Positions 27,455 through 37,371 of a stretch of 64,000 nt of DNA are shown here, piece after piece. Both the position numbers and the translations under genes were made by a program. The notes under the pieces were generated by a model. It had not been told where the DNA came from and did no database searches. It was given only the letters and a program-made list of their open reading frames with translations. Origin of the DNA: Acidobacteriota bacterium (GTDB lineage: Bacteria > Acidobacteriota > Terriglobia > Terriglobales > SCQP01); NCBI GenBank assembly GCA_027314025.1, contig DAHVCP010000044.1, positions 1,684-65,683 on the forward strand, in the 5' to 3' direction. Within the stretch, counting starts at the first letter, position 1, and each line of letters starts with the position of its first letter.

Positions 27455-28246
27455 ATGCCCATCGCCCCCACCGCCACCATCGCCCCCGGCGCCCGCATCC
27501 CGGATTCCTGCACCATCGGCCCGGGCTGCGTCATCGCCGCCGAAGTGGAATTGGGCGAGCACTGCCGGCTGGAGGCGCATGTGGTCGTGCACGGCCCTAC
27601 CCGGCTCGGGGCGCACAACCATGTCTACCCCTTCACCACCGTCGGCCTGGCGCCGCAAGACATCAGCTTTCACGGCGAGCCCACGCGACTGGAGATCGGC
27701 GAACACAACGTCATTCGCGAGTTCTGCAGCCTGCACCGCGGCACCGCCAAGGGCGGCGGCCTGACCCGCATCGGCAGCCGCAACCTGCTGATGGCCTATA
27801 CCCACGTGGCCCATGACTGCGTCGTCGGCGATGACTGCATTCTGGCCAACTGCGCCACCTTGGGCGGCCACGTCCAGGTGGGCGATTTCTCCACGGTCGG
27901 CGCCTTTTCTCCGGTCCACCAGTACGTCCGCATCGGGCGCCACGCCTTCATCGGCGGCGGCACCGTGGTCACCCAGGACGTGCTGCCGTACAGCAAGACC
28001 GTCTGCCGCCGCGAGGCCCGCGCCTACGGCATCAATCGTGTCGGGCTGGAGCGCCGCGGCTTCGAGCCGGAAATCCTGACGGCGCTCCAGCGCGCCTATC
28101 GCCTGCTGCTGAATAGCGGCCTGAACACGACCCAAGCGCTGGAAAAGATCCACGCGCTGATCGCGGAGCAGAACCTTCCCGCCAACCATCCCGTTGCCGA
28201 GCTCGCCGCCTTCATCGCCTCCAGCGAACGCGGGGTCATCAAGTGA
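27455..28246 (+). CDS. lpxA: Acyl-ACP--UDP-N-acetylglucosamine O-acyltransferase
   Basis: Hexapeptide repeats, GLAPQD, HRGT, MAYTHVAHDC, HQYVRIG. Confidence 0.95.
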   Translation: MPIAPTATIAPGARIPDSCTIGPGCVIAAEVELGEHCRLEAHVVVHGPTRLGAHNHVYPFTTVGLAPQDISFHGEPTRLEIGEHNVIREFCSLHRGTAKGGGLTRIGSRNLLMAYTHVAHDCVVGDDCILANCATLGGHVQVGDFSTVGAFSPVHQYVRIGRHAFIGGGTVVTQDVLPYSKTVCRREARAYGINRVGLERRGFEPEILTALQRAYRLLLNSGLNTTQALEKIHALIAEQNLPANHPVAELAAFIASSERGVIK

Positions 28247-29082
28247 CCGCCCCGGCTGCTTCGCCGGCCGCGGCTCCCTATGGCCTGATCGCCGGCAACG
28301 GCCGCTTCCCGTTCTTGATTTTGGAAGCCGCCAAAAGCCGCGGGCTAGACATGATCGTCGCCGCGATCCGCGATGAGACCTTTCCCGAAATCGAGGCGCA
28401 AGGCGCGCCGGTTACCTGGCTCAGCCTCGGCCAGCTGGGCAAGCTGATTGATTTGTTTCACCGCCACGGCGTCGAGCGCGCCATCATGGCTGGCCAGGTC
28501 AAGCACAAGCAAATCTTTTCCTCGCTGCGTCCCGATTGGCGGATGGTGAAGCTGCTGGCCGGACTGGCCAGCAAAAACACCGATTCCCTGCTCGGCGCCG
28601 TCGCCGCCGCCCTGGCCGCCGAAGGCGTCACCCTGGAGAGCTCGACCCAGTTCTTGTCCCCCTTGCTAGCCGCCGAGGGACCCATGACGCCCCGCGCCCC
28701 GGATCCCCGCGAGGAAGCCGACATCGCCTACGGGCTCGGCGTGGCGCGCCATCTGGCAGCGCTGGATATCGGCCAAACGGTCGTGATCGCCGACTGCGCC
28801 TGCGTCGCCGCCGAAGCCATGGAAGGCACCGACGCCGCCATAAGCCGCGCCGCCGGCTTGGCGGCGGGCCGGCCGCTCACCGTGGTCAAGGTAGCCAAGC
28901 CAAAACAAGACCTGCGCTTCGACGTCCCCGTCGTCGGTCCCGCTACCATCGCCACCATGCGTGCCGCCGGCGCCACCTGCCTGGCCGTGGACAGCGGCAT
29001 CACGCTGCTGCTGGACCGCCAGCCGCTGCTCGCCGCCGCCGCCGCGGCGCAAATCGCCGTCACCGGCCTGCCCCGCCCATGA
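28243..29082 (+). CDS. lpxI: UDP-2,3-diacylglucosamine diphosphatase LpxI
   Basis: GLIAGNGRFP, DIGQTVV, EAMEGTD, KPKQDLRFDVP; immediately after lpxA. Confidence 0.9.
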   Translation: MTAPAASPAAAPYGLIAGNGRFPFLILEAAKSRGLDMIVAAIRDETFPEIEAQGAPVTWLSLGQLGKLIDLFHRHGVERAIMAGQVKHKQIFSSLRPDWRMVKLLAGLASKNTDSLLGAVAAALAAEGVTLESSTQFLSPLLAAEGPMTPRAPDPREEADIAYGLGVARHLAALDIGQTVVIADCACVAAEAMEGTDAAISRAAGLAAGRPLTVVKVAKPKQDLRFDVPVVGPATIATMRAAGATCLAVDSGITLLLDRQPLLAAAAAAQIAVTGLPRP

Positions 29083-30101
29083 ATTCCGCGCCCATCATTG
29101 CCGCCCCGCCGCCCTCCGGCTTCGTCCCCGTGCGGGTCGGTGTCTTCGGCTGTGGCAGTTTCGGCCGCCATCACGCCCGCGTCTACGCCCAATCGCCGCG
29201 GGCCCATTTGGTCGGCATTCATGACCGCGATCCCGCCGCCGCCCGCGCCACCGCCGCCGCCCATGGCGTTCCGGTCTTCGATGACCCCGCCCGGCTCGCC
29301 GCCGCCATCGAAGCCGCGAGCGTCGCCGTGCCCACCGCCTTCCACGCCCCCGTGGCCATCGAGTTGCTCGGCCAGGGCAAGGACGTGCTGGTGGAAAAGC
29401 CCATCGCTCCCACCCTCGCCGACGCCGACGCCATGCGCCAGGCCGCCGAACACTCCGGCCGCATTTTGCAGGTCGGCCACCTCGAACGCTTCAATCCCGC
29501 CGTCCGCTTGGTTCGCCCCCGCATCACCCAGCCGCTATTTTTCGAGGTCCATCGCCTCAGCCTGTTCAGCCCGCGCAGCCTGGACGTGGATGTCCTGCTC
29601 GACCTGATGATCCACGATCTCGATATCGTGCTCGCGTTTCTGGCCCTCAACGGCCCGGCGCCGGAGATCGAGGATCTGCGCGCCGTCGGCCTGCCCGTGC
29701 TCAGCGGCAAGGCGGACATCGCCAATGTGCGCGTCGAGTTCACCGGCGGCTGCGTCGCCAACTTCACCGCCAGCCGCGTCAGCACGGAGAAAGTCCGCAA
29801 GCTCCGCCTCTTCCAGCCGGGCGAGTATATTTCCCTGGACTATTCCCGCCAGGACGCGCACGTCTTCCGCCTGGAGGGCCGTGGCCGCGACGCCCCGCCC
29901 GCCGTCCTGCCGGCGCATCTCACCGCCGCTCCCGTCGAGCCCCTGGCGGCGGAACTGGAGGCGTTTCTCGCCAGCGTGCGCAGCCGCCAAGCCCCGGAAT
30001 GCGGCGCCGCCGAGGCCTCCGCCGCCCTGGCCACTGCCCTCCGCGCCGGCCAGGCCGTTGTCCGCCACGCCCGCCGCCTGGGCCTGCGCCAAGGAGCCTA
30101 A
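29079..30101 (+). CDS. Gfo/Idh/MocA oxidoreductase (GnnA-like)
   Basis: GCGSFGRHH, LVEKPIA, QVGHLERFNP, LDLMIHDLD. Confidence 0.88.
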   Translation: MNSAPIIAAPPPSGFVPVRVGVFGCGSFGRHHARVYAQSPRAHLVGIHDRDPAAARATAAAHGVPVFDDPARLAAAIEAASVAVPTAFHAPVAIELLGQGKDVLVEKPIAPTLADADAMRQAAEHSGRILQVGHLERFNPAVRLVRPRITQPLFFEVHRLSLFSPRSLDVDVLLDLMIHDLDIVLAFLALNGPAPEIEDLRAVGLPVLSGKADIANVRVEFTGGCVANFTASRVSTEKVRKLRLFQPGEYISLDYSRQDAHVFRLEGRGRDAPPAVLPAHLTAAPVEPLAAELEAFLASVRSRQAPECGAAEASAALATALRAGQAVVRHARRLGLRQGA

Positions 30102-30405
30102 CGGGACTGGGCCGGCGGGTCGCGCCGCCCGGCCGTTGCCCCGCTTATGCTTGGCGGTGGGCGCGGCTTCGCTAGCGCATCGCCGGGGCCGCGCCTCCCG
30201 GGCGTTGCCGCCCGCCGGGCATGGGCACACAGGGAGTTTTTCGCGGCCTGATCGCGCCCGCTTTGCCCCCTGGCAAATGGCGCTGCCCGGCGATCGGCTT
30301 CTCCTGCCCAGGTAGTAACCGCAATCCGCCGCGGGCGTCCTGATATGATGAAGGAACTACCCGCGTACTGTTTGCCGCCACCACCCGCCCGAGAGGCCCG
30401 CCCGA

Positions 30406-31590
30406 ATGGCTAATGGGGAGATGAATTCCACCCCAACCGGAGAAGCACCTCGTCCGGCGTCCCGCCCCGTCTTGGATCCGTCCGCGTCGCCGCGCTCCAC
30501 CTCTGATCCGGACCATATCGAGACCCTGTTCACCGAACTTGGCCAGCAACTGGAGGATGAGCGCAGCCGCAATCGCCATCGCGAGGCGGTGTTTCTGTCC
30601 GTCATCGTCCACCTCTGCATACTCATTCTCTTTATTCTCAATCCCAAGCTCCCCAACTGGCTCACTTCCACGCCGTCGCCGCTGCTAGTGAATCCGCAGC
30701 AGTTGGTGCATAAGCATCAGCTCACCTATCTGGTGTCGCCGTACCAGCCGCCCAAGCCCAAGCACAAGGTTCACAGCAACGTGCTGAGCGACCGCGACCG
30801 CCTGTACAAGCACCCGCAGCACCGCTTGCTGGATTCCTTCGCCGGCCCCGCCGCGCCGCCCATGCCCCGCCGGCCCGCCGCCCGTCCGCTCCCGCCGCGT
30901 CCCGCCATCCGCCCATCGCCGCCGCGCATGGCTGCCGCCGCGCCGCGCCCGGCCCAACCCGTCGTCAAGGCCCCCAAAGCGCAAACCGCCAGCAAAACCC
31001 CCGGTCCGGGAACCGCCAACGGCGGCTTGCGCCTGGAAAACGTTCCGCGCACCCAGCGCCGCGCCGCTCTCACCGTCCCCATTCCCGGCATGTCCGCCGC
31101 GGACCAGCTGAAACGCGCCATCCAAGCCGCGGCCCGCAGCCAATCCCAAGGCGGTCAAGGCGTGGCGCAGATGGGACAATTGCCCAGCCCCGCCGGCATG
31201 CCCAGCACCCCCAGTCCCGGCGGCAACGGCAACGTCGGCGATGGCGTGCAAATCCTCACCAACACCGAGGGCGTCAACTTCCACTCCTATCTCCAGCAGA
31301 TCTTGGAGATCGTCCGGCAAAACTGGTATGCCGTAATGCCGGAAATGGCCTATCTCGGCCGCAAGGGCCGCACGGTGGTGATCTTTAAGATCAACAGCAA
31401 CGGGCAGGTCGCCGGCCTCAAATTGGTCTCTCCCTCCGGCACGGTTTCCTTCGATCAAGCCGCGATCGCCGGCATCAACGCATCCGATCCCTTCCCGCCC
31501 CTGCCGAGCGCCTTTCACGGCCCTTTCATTGGCCTCAAGTTCTTCTTTTTCTATAACATCAACCCCTATCAATCGCAAGCCGCGCAATAG
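30406..31590 (+). CDS. TonB C-terminal domain membrane protein
   Basis: TM segment with SVIVH, Pro-rich linker, C-terminal ..SGTVSFDQAA..PFPPLP. Confidence 0.8.
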   Translation: MANGEMNSTPTGEAPRPASRPVLDPSASPRSTSDPDHIETLFTELGQQLEDERSRNRHREAVFLSVIVHLCILILFILNPKLPNWLTSTPSPLLVNPQQLVHKHQLTYLVSPYQPPKPKHKVHSNVLSDRDRLYKHPQHRLLDSFAGPAAPPMPRRPAARPLPPRPAIRPSPPRMAAAAPRPAQPVVKAPKAQTASKTPGPGTANGGLRLENVPRTQRRAALTVPIPGMSAADQLKRAIQAAARSQSQGGQGVAQMGQLPSPAGMPSTPSPGGNGNVGDGVQILTNTEGVNFHSYLQQILEIVRQNWYAVMPEMAYLGRKGRTVVIFKINSNGQVAGLKLVSPSGTVSFDQAAIAGINASDPFPPLPSAFHGPFIGLKFFFFYNINPYQSQAAQ

Positions 31591-31679
31591 CCGCGCCGCC
31601 AGCGCCGGCGCCGACCCCGGGGCGGTCATTGATTGACGGGCGGGGAACCCACGAATGGCGCTGCCGGCAGCAGATTTCG

Positions 31680-31943
31680 TTAGTCTTGTTCCGGTCCGGC
31701 AAAGGCGGATAGCGCCGGGCGGCGGCTCAGCCGGCGCCAGCGCGCCATCTCATTGCACCAGCGCGCAAAGCGGAGCATGCGCCTGGGGTGGCCGAGCACA
31801 AACCCCAGCATTGTACCCAGCCCCACCTGTTCGGCGGGCTTGCCGGTGTAGGTTTCGATGCGCCACCGCAGGTACGGGCTGCGCCAGGGCCACAGCCTGT
31901 GACCACGCGCCGCCCGCCAGTAGAATCGAATGCTGCCGCCCAC
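31680..31943 (-). CDS. Small hypothetical protein (WRSPYLRWRIETYTG)
   Basis: GTG lies 6 nt after TACAAT; aromatic-rich, protein-like sequence. Confidence 0.6.
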   Translation of the reverse strand: MGGSIRFYWRAARGHRLWPWRSPYLRWRIETYTGKPAEQVGLGTMLGFVLGHPRRMLRFARWCNEMARWRRLSRRPALSAFAGPEQD

Positions 31944-32082
31944 GGCACCATTGTAGCGGCTCGGCCGCCCAGCTCGCGAGCTCCCGCGGGTCGCCGCGGC
32001 CCGGCCGCGCCAAAATGCCGCGCCATGCACCCAGGCGCGGAAGTATCGTCCTTCCGTTCTGAAGCGGCGATAAAATCGGCCC

Positions 32083-32544
32083 ATGCAGTATTCGGCGCTT
32101 GTCGGGGACCAGGCGTTCGAGTTCAGCCTGCCCGACACTGAAGGCACGGTGCGGCGGCTGGCCGAATTTCACCAGTTGGGGCCCGTGGTGCTGCTCTTCG
32201 TGCCCACGGCCAGCGGCTGGGCTTCGCGTTTCCAGTTCTGGAATTTCCTGCGCCACTATGACGGGTTCGTGCAATTGGCGACCGAAATTGTGGTGATTGC
32301 CGGTGATGGGTCGCCGCAGTTGCGCCGCCTGCAAGCCGCCCTCGGGCTGCCCTTCGTGTTTCTCGCCGACCCGCCCGGCCGCGTGGCCGAGCGTTATCGC
32401 ACCGGCTCGGGCGCTGCGACGCTGCTGCTGGACCGGCAAGGCATCATCCGATTCCGGCGCAATGAAAGCTGGTTTCGCCGTACCCCGGCGCATCGCCTAT
32501 TGCCCATCGCCCAGCAGCTGACCACCCCGCTGGCGGTCCAATAG
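32083..32544 (+). CDS. AhpC/TSA (redoxin)-fold protein lacking cysteine
   Basis: VGDQAFEFSLPD..G, GPVVLLF, LPFVFLADP, TLLLDRQGIIR. Confidence 0.7.
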   Translation: MQYSALVGDQAFEFSLPDTEGTVRRLAEFHQLGPVVLLFVPTASGWASRFQFWNFLRHYDGFVQLATEIVVIAGDGSPQLRRLQAALGLPFVFLADPPGRVAERYRTGSGAATLLLDRQGIIRFRRNESWFRRTPAHRLLPIAQQLTTPLAVQ

Positions 32545-32597
32545 CCGCGCTGGGCCGACAGCCACCACGGACTCGCGCGTCCTCCGCGCCGCCCGCC

Positions 32598-33767
32598 CTA
32601 GGCCTGCTCCCCGGCGGCGAAGCGGCGGAGAATCTTCTTCGTCAGGCCCGTCAGCGCCAGCGCCGCGCATTCCGCCTTGCTGCGCCACTGCCCTGCCGGG
32701 GGCGGCAAGCCGTCCGGCGGCGCATAAACGGAGGCAGCGATCTGGCGGTAGGTAATCGCGTGCCGCACCTGGCCCAAGCGCCGCTCTCCGCTCACCGCCG
32801 CCCGCCGTTGCGGCAGTTCCCACAGGCCGGGCATGATCGCCGCCGTCGCCGGCCGCCGCCGCAGCCGCACGCGCCCGCCGTGGATCGCCAGCCAATAGCT
32901 CTCTTGCCGGCGTTCCGGCGCCCGCCGTGGCCGCGCCGTCAGCGCCGCCCCCGCGCGTCCGCGATCCCGGCAGTAGCGGCGGATGGGGCATTCCCCGCAC
33001 CGTGGCGCCCGCGGCGCGCACACCGTCGCCCCCAGCTCCATTAGCGCCTGATTGCTATCTCCCGGGCGGTGTTCATCCAGCCAGGCGCGATTCGCCGCTT
33101 CCGCCTCGGCATTGGTGAGCGCCCGCCCCGCCAGCCGGGAAAGCACGCGCCGGATGTTGCCGTCCACGGCGGGATGACGCTGCTGCCGGGCGATGCTCAG
33201 CACGGCGCCGGCGGTATACCGCCCAAACCCCGGCAGCGCGAGCAGCTCATTGAACCCTTCTGGAAGCTCTCGCCCCCCGGCGGCCAGCACCGCCCGTGCG
33301 GCGCGTAACATCTGCCTCGGCCGCCGGTAATACCCCAGCCCGCTCCACAGCGCCAGCACTTCCGCTTCCTTGGCCCTGGCCAAATCGGCCAGGCGGGGAT
33401 AGCGCGCCAGAAAACGCAGGTAATAGGCCTCCGCCGCCGCCACGCGCGTCTGTTGCAGCATCACCTCGCTGACCCAAACGGCGTAAGTGTCATTGGCCCG
33501 CTCCGGCCGGCGCCAGGGCAGATCGCGCTGCGCTACCGCGAACCACCGCAGCAGCGACCGCCGGGCCGCGGCGCCGATGCCATTCGGCGCAGCGGCTTTC
33601 CGCCGCTCGCCCGCTCCGGTCGCGCCCGCCGCTCCAGTTTCGCGACGCGTCAACGCCTCCGCCGCGCGCCTTGCGCCTGGCAGCCGTTTCCGCTGGGTTG
33701 GCGTGGTGGATTTCAAGCTGCGCGGCGGCGCCGTCCGCCCAACCGGCGTCTTTGCTGATGCTCTCAC
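32598..33767 (-). CDS. mutY: A/G-specific adenine glycosylase
   Basis: RDLPWR, WVSEVMLQQT, WSGLGYY, LPGFGRYTA, VDGN, Fe-S motif CAPRAPRCGECPIRRYC; start uncertain. Confidence 0.9.
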   Translation of the reverse strand: MRASAKTPVGRTAPPRSLKSTTPTQRKRLPGARRAAEALTRRETGAAGATGAGERRKAAAPNGIGAAARRSLLRWFAVAQRDLPWRRPERANDTYAVWVSEVMLQQTRVAAAEAYYLRFLARYPRLADLARAKEAEVLALWSGLGYYRRPRQMLRAARAVLAAGGRELPEGFNELLALPGFGRYTAGAVLSIARQQRHPAVDGNIRRVLSRLAGRALTNAEAEAANRAWLDEHRPGDSNQALMELGATVCAPRAPRCGECPIRRYCRDRGRAGAALTARPRRAPERRQESYWLAIHGGRVRLRRRPATAAIMPGLWELPQRRAAVSGERRLGQVRHAITYRQIAASVYAPPDGLPPPAGQWRSKAECAALALTGLTKKILRRFAAGEQA

Positions 33768-33882
33768 TCGCCGCCGGCGTTTCGAATGGACCGTCCCCCG
33801 CCGCGCGCCGCAGCCCGCGCCGGCCGGGGCCGGCGCGTCCGCTCACCTGGGAAGCGCGAATTTCCCGGCCCTAGTTCGACGA

Positions 33883-34710
33883 CTAGTGGATGCCGCCGGA
33901 AGCCGCCTTCGCCGCTTCCGCCGCCGCCAGCTTGCGGGCGGTCAGCGACTTCGTCACCCACTCATCCGCCTTGGCCAGATCCGTCTTCCGCGCCGCCTGG
34001 TCGCCGCATTCCATGTCCGCCTTCTGCCGGTACAGGAGGTTGACGTAGGTCATGGCGTTGGCATAGTGCTTGCGCAGCTGCATGGCCTGCTTGAGCTGCG
34101 AGATCCCGTCTTCAATCTCGGGCATGGAGGTCTGCGCCAGCTGCCGGCAAGCCTCGAGGGTCTTGCGCGTGGGCGGAGCGCCGATCAAAGGATCCGACGC
34201 CGTGAGAATCCCCAGTTGCTTGCGCAGGTCCTCGTTGGCCTTGAACGTTCGCGTCCAGTCAATCACGCCGATGAAGTAGTGCGGCGTCGGATTTTGCGGC
34301 TCCAGCGCGATCTGCTTCAGGTTCCAGGTCCGCGCCTGGTCCATGTCCTTCATGTTGAAGTACAGGTGCGCCAGTCCGGCAACCGCGTTCACGTTTTTGG
34401 GATCCTGCCTCAGCACGTCCTGGTACACTTGCACGGCTTGCTGCCCGAGCCGCATGTTATCGGGCGAATCGGCGCCGGGCACGAACTGCGACTGGTAGGC
34501 CGTGGCCAAATACAGCTTGGCGTTGATGAAGGTCGGATCCAGCCGGATGGCCTCCTTGAAGTCCGCCTCGGCCGCCTCGAACTGCGCGGACTTGAAGGCC
34601 TGCACGCCCTTGTTCAGATCGTTGCGGGCCTCCAGCTTGGCGCAGCCGCTCAAGCCCAGCAGCCCGCCTCCCAACGCCGCCACCGCCACAAATTTCCATC
34701 CGCTATGCAT
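33883..34710 (-). CDS. TPR-containing lipoprotein
   Basis: Lipobox LSGC followed by TPR-like helices. Confidence 0.8.
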   Translation of the reverse strand: MHSGWKFVAVAALGGGLLGLSGCAKLEARNDLNKGVQAFKSAQFEAAEADFKEAIRLDPTFINAKLYLATAYQSQFVPGADSPDNMRLGQQAVQVYQDVLRQDPKNVNAVAGLAHLYFNMKDMDQARTWNLKQIALEPQNPTPHYFIGVIDWTRTFKANEDLRKQLGILTASDPLIGAPPTRKTLEACRQLAQTSMPEIEDGISQLKQAMQLRKHYANAMTYVNLLYRQKADMECGDQAARKTDLAKADEWVTKSLTARKLAAAEAAKAASGGIH

Positions 34711-34730
34711 GGTGTTCGCCCCCGGCGCCG

Positions 34731-35177
34731 CTACTGCTGGCCGTTGATGGTCTGTGTCATTAACCCCACTTGAATCGAGGGATCTTCGCCCATGGCGATG
34801 TCAATCGCCCGGGCGACATCGGCGAATTCAATGTTGTTGTCCGCGCGCACGAACATCACCTTCTCCGCCCGCGTCTTGTAGATGTCCTCCAGCTTTGGCC
34901 CCAGCGTGCTCCAACTGACCGTGTCCTGGTTGATCTTCACCACCGGCGGCAGCCCCGGCGACGCGCCGTCCAGGATCTGCACCACGATCGTCCGGTTGTT
35001 CACCGGCGGCGGCTTGTGCTTGTGCTTCGGCTTCTGCGGCACCAGGGCCTTCAGGCCGTGCGGCGTCATCGGCGTGATCACCATGAAAATGATGATCAGC
35101 ACCAGCAGAATGTCAATCATGGGCGTCATGTTGATGTTCGACGTCGGACCGCCCTTGCTGCCCATTGTCATCGCCAT
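34731..35177 (-). CDS. exbD: Biopolymer transport ExbD/TolR
   Basis: INMTPMIDILLVLIIIFM, FVRAD. Confidence 0.9.
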   Translation of the reverse strand: MAMTMGSKGGPTSNINMTPMIDILLVLIIIFMVITPMTPHGLKALVPQKPKHKHKPPPVNNRTIVVQILDGASPGLPPVVKINQDTVSWSTLGPKLEDIYKTRAEKVMFVRADNNIEFADVARAIDIAMGEDPSIQVGLMTQTINGQQ

Positions 35178-35206
35178 AGCGAGTTCCTCCTTGGCCGGCG
35201 CTGCCC

Positions 35207-35647
35207 TTAGCCGCCGGTGACGAGCTGGCCCAGTTGGTTTACTTGCTGCGTGATCATGCCCACTTTATCCACGCCCGCCTCGCGCACCGCCTTCACCACG
35301 TTGACCACGTTGATGTACTGCGCCCGGGCGTCGGCCTTGATGTAGACGGTCTTGTCCAGCCGCTTGCTGATCAGCTTGTTGACCGCGTCCGCCAAATGGC
35401 TCAGCGAGATGATGTTGTTGCCCAGAAAGATCTTGCCGTCATGGCTGACGCCCACGATGATCGCGTTCGTGGCGTTGGCCTTTTTCAGCGGAAAGGCATG
35501 GTGCGTCTGGGCCAATTCGACGTTACGCCCATGCTGAAGCTTGGGAATAACGATCATGAAGATGATCAGCAGCACCAGCATCACGTCCACCAGCGGCGTG
35601 ACGTTGATGTCGGAGGCGACCTCGATTTTCGCGCGCTTCAACGGCAT
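35207..35647 (-). CDS. exbD: Biopolymer transport ExbD/TolR
   Basis: INVTPLVDVMLVLLIIFM, YIKADARA. Confidence 0.9.
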   Translation of the reverse strand: MPLKRAKIEVASDINVTPLVDVMLVLLIIFMIVIPKLQHGRNVELAQTHHAFPLKKANATNAIIVGVSHDGKIFLGNNIISLSHLADAVNKLISKRLDKTVYIKADARAQYINVVNVVKAVREAGVDKVGMITQQVNQLGQLVTGG

Positions 35648-35751
35648 GGCGAAGTTCCTTTTCTTCTCCTCCGGGGCGCCCCGCATGGCGGAGCGCCCCG
35701 GCTAGCGATGCGAACCCCCGCCGCGCGGCGGGGCCTAGCGATACCGCCCGG

Positions 35752-36486
35752 CTACTTGGCCCCGCGCGTGGCGGCGCGGCCGGAGCGCTTCAGGAAGTAA
35801 TCAATCAGCTCACTGGAGGAGTTGTCCATCTCCACGTCGAAGGCCTCCAGCTTGCCGGTGAAATAGTTGTAAAGCCACACCGCGGGCACCGCCACGAACA
35901 GGCCGATGGCGGTGGTCACCAGGGCTTCGGAAATGCCGCCCGCGACCGCGCCCAGGCCGGAGCTGTGCTGCGTGCTGATCTTGGTGAAGGCGTCAATAAT
36001 GCCCAACACGGTGCCGAACAGTCCCACGAACGGGGCCGTGGCGCCGATGGTGGCCAGCGAACCCAGCCCGCGCTTCAGCTCGGCATGCTCAATCGCCTCC
36101 GCCCGGTCGAGGGCGCGGCGCGAGGCTTCGATCTGCTCGCCGGACAGGTCCGGGGAAGCGTCATGCGCCTGAAACTCCGCCAGCCCGGCCGTCACCACCT
36201 TGGCCAGGTGGCTCTTCTTGTTGCGTTCGGCGATCTTGAACGCTTCGTCCAGCTTGCCGTCGCGCAGCGCCCCGGCCACCGCCGGCGCGAACTGCCGGCT
36301 CTGGCTCCGCGCGCCGGAAAAGACCAGCCAGCGGTCCACCATGACGCCGATCGACATGACCGACATGATAAACAGCACCACCACCACCAGCTTCGCCGGG
36401 GTGCCCATCTGGTGCCACAGCGCCACCGGACTCCATCCCACGGCGCCACTGCTCTCCTGTAGCCACAACAAGGTTGCCAAAAGCAT
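35752..36486 (-). CDS. exbB: MotA/TolQ/ExbB proton channel protein
   Basis: LATIGATAPFVGLFGTV, GISEALVTTAIGL. Confidence 0.92.
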   Translation of the reverse strand: MLLATLLWLQESSGAVGWSPVALWHQMGTPAKLVVVVLFIMSVMSIGVMVDRWLVFSGARSQSRQFAPAVAGALRDGKLDEAFKIAERNKKSHLAKVVTAGLAEFQAHDASPDLSGEQIEASRRALDRAEAIEHAELKRGLGSLATIGATAPFVGLFGTVLGIIDAFTKISTQHSSGLGAVAGGISEALVTTAIGLFVAVPAVWLYNYFTGKLEAFDVEMDNSSSELIDYFLKRSGRAATRGAK

Positions 36487-36584
36487 CGCTAGGTCCTCTC
36501 TTGAAAAAAGATTCGGTCGAATTTGCCTACTGAACCGCGGACTCGCATCGCTATCTACGATCTACACGCCACCCCCGCCGGCGC

Positions 36585-37319
36585 TTAACCGCCGGCCAGG
36601 GTGAAGTTGACGGTGATTTCGGTCTCCACTTGCACCGGCTTGCCGTTGAGCAAGGTCGGATGGTAGCGCCAGCTGCGCACGGCTTGCATGGCCGCGCCCA
36701 CCAGCATTGGATGGCCGCTCACCAAAGTCAAATCCTGCACCCGCCCGTTTTTGCCGATGATGGCGTGCAGGATCACGGTGCCGCTGATCCGCGCCTGGCG
36801 CGCCAACGGGGGATACTCTGGCGGCGGGCAGGACATGCAGTTCGCCGCCTCCACATCGCCGCCGACCCGGATCGGCCCGGTGGGGGCCGGAGGCGGAGGC
36901 GGGGGCGGGGGAGCGGTGCTGTTGGCCAAGCCGCCAATCACGCCTCCCACGGCGCCGCCGCTGGAATAGCCACCCACCACGCCGCCGGTCGGCGCCGGCG
37001 GGGGCGCCTGATCCTTCACCATCAAAATCTTTTTGGGAATCTTGGGCGGGGCGACGAGCTGGTTGTTCTGGAACTGGCTCACCATGTGGTGCACCACCAC
37101 CGGCGGCGCCTTCGGCGGCGGGGGAGGCGGCGGCGGGGGAGGCGGCGGCGCGGCCAGGAAGGCCGTCAGCGCTGTCGCCGGCAGCACCGAGTAGTAGATC
37201 AGCGGGATGATGACCATGATCGCCAGCAGCCCCACCTGAAGGATCAGCGAGAGCGCGAAGGTCAACGGCTTCTTGCTCTTCCCGCCCTTTCCCGAAATGA
37301 CTATGCTCTGCTCGAACAT
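36585..37319 (-). CDS. tonB: Energy transducer TonB
   Basis: TM segment, poly-Pro, YPPLARQARISGTV..AIIGKNG..AVRSWRY. Confidence 0.9.
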   Translation of the reverse strand: MFEQSIVISGKGGKSKKPLTFALSLILQVGLLAIMVIIPLIYYSVLPATALTAFLAAPPPPPPPPPPPPKAPPVVVHHMVSQFQNNQLVAPPKIPKKILMVKDQAPPPAPTGGVVGGYSSGGAVGGVIGGLANSTAPPPPPPPPAPTGPIRVGGDVEAANCMSCPPPEYPPLARQARISGTVILHAIIGKNGRVQDLTLVSGHPMLVGAAMQAVRSWRYHPTLLNGKPVQVETEITVNFTLAGG

Positions 37320-37371
37320 AATTCTCTGCCCTCCCAGGCCGGTGCTGCGTGCTGCGGGACCGCGGCCGCCT

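Noticed and set aside
32083-32544. Selenocysteine recoding in the redoxin-like gene
   Set aside because: No in-frame TGA at the active-site position.
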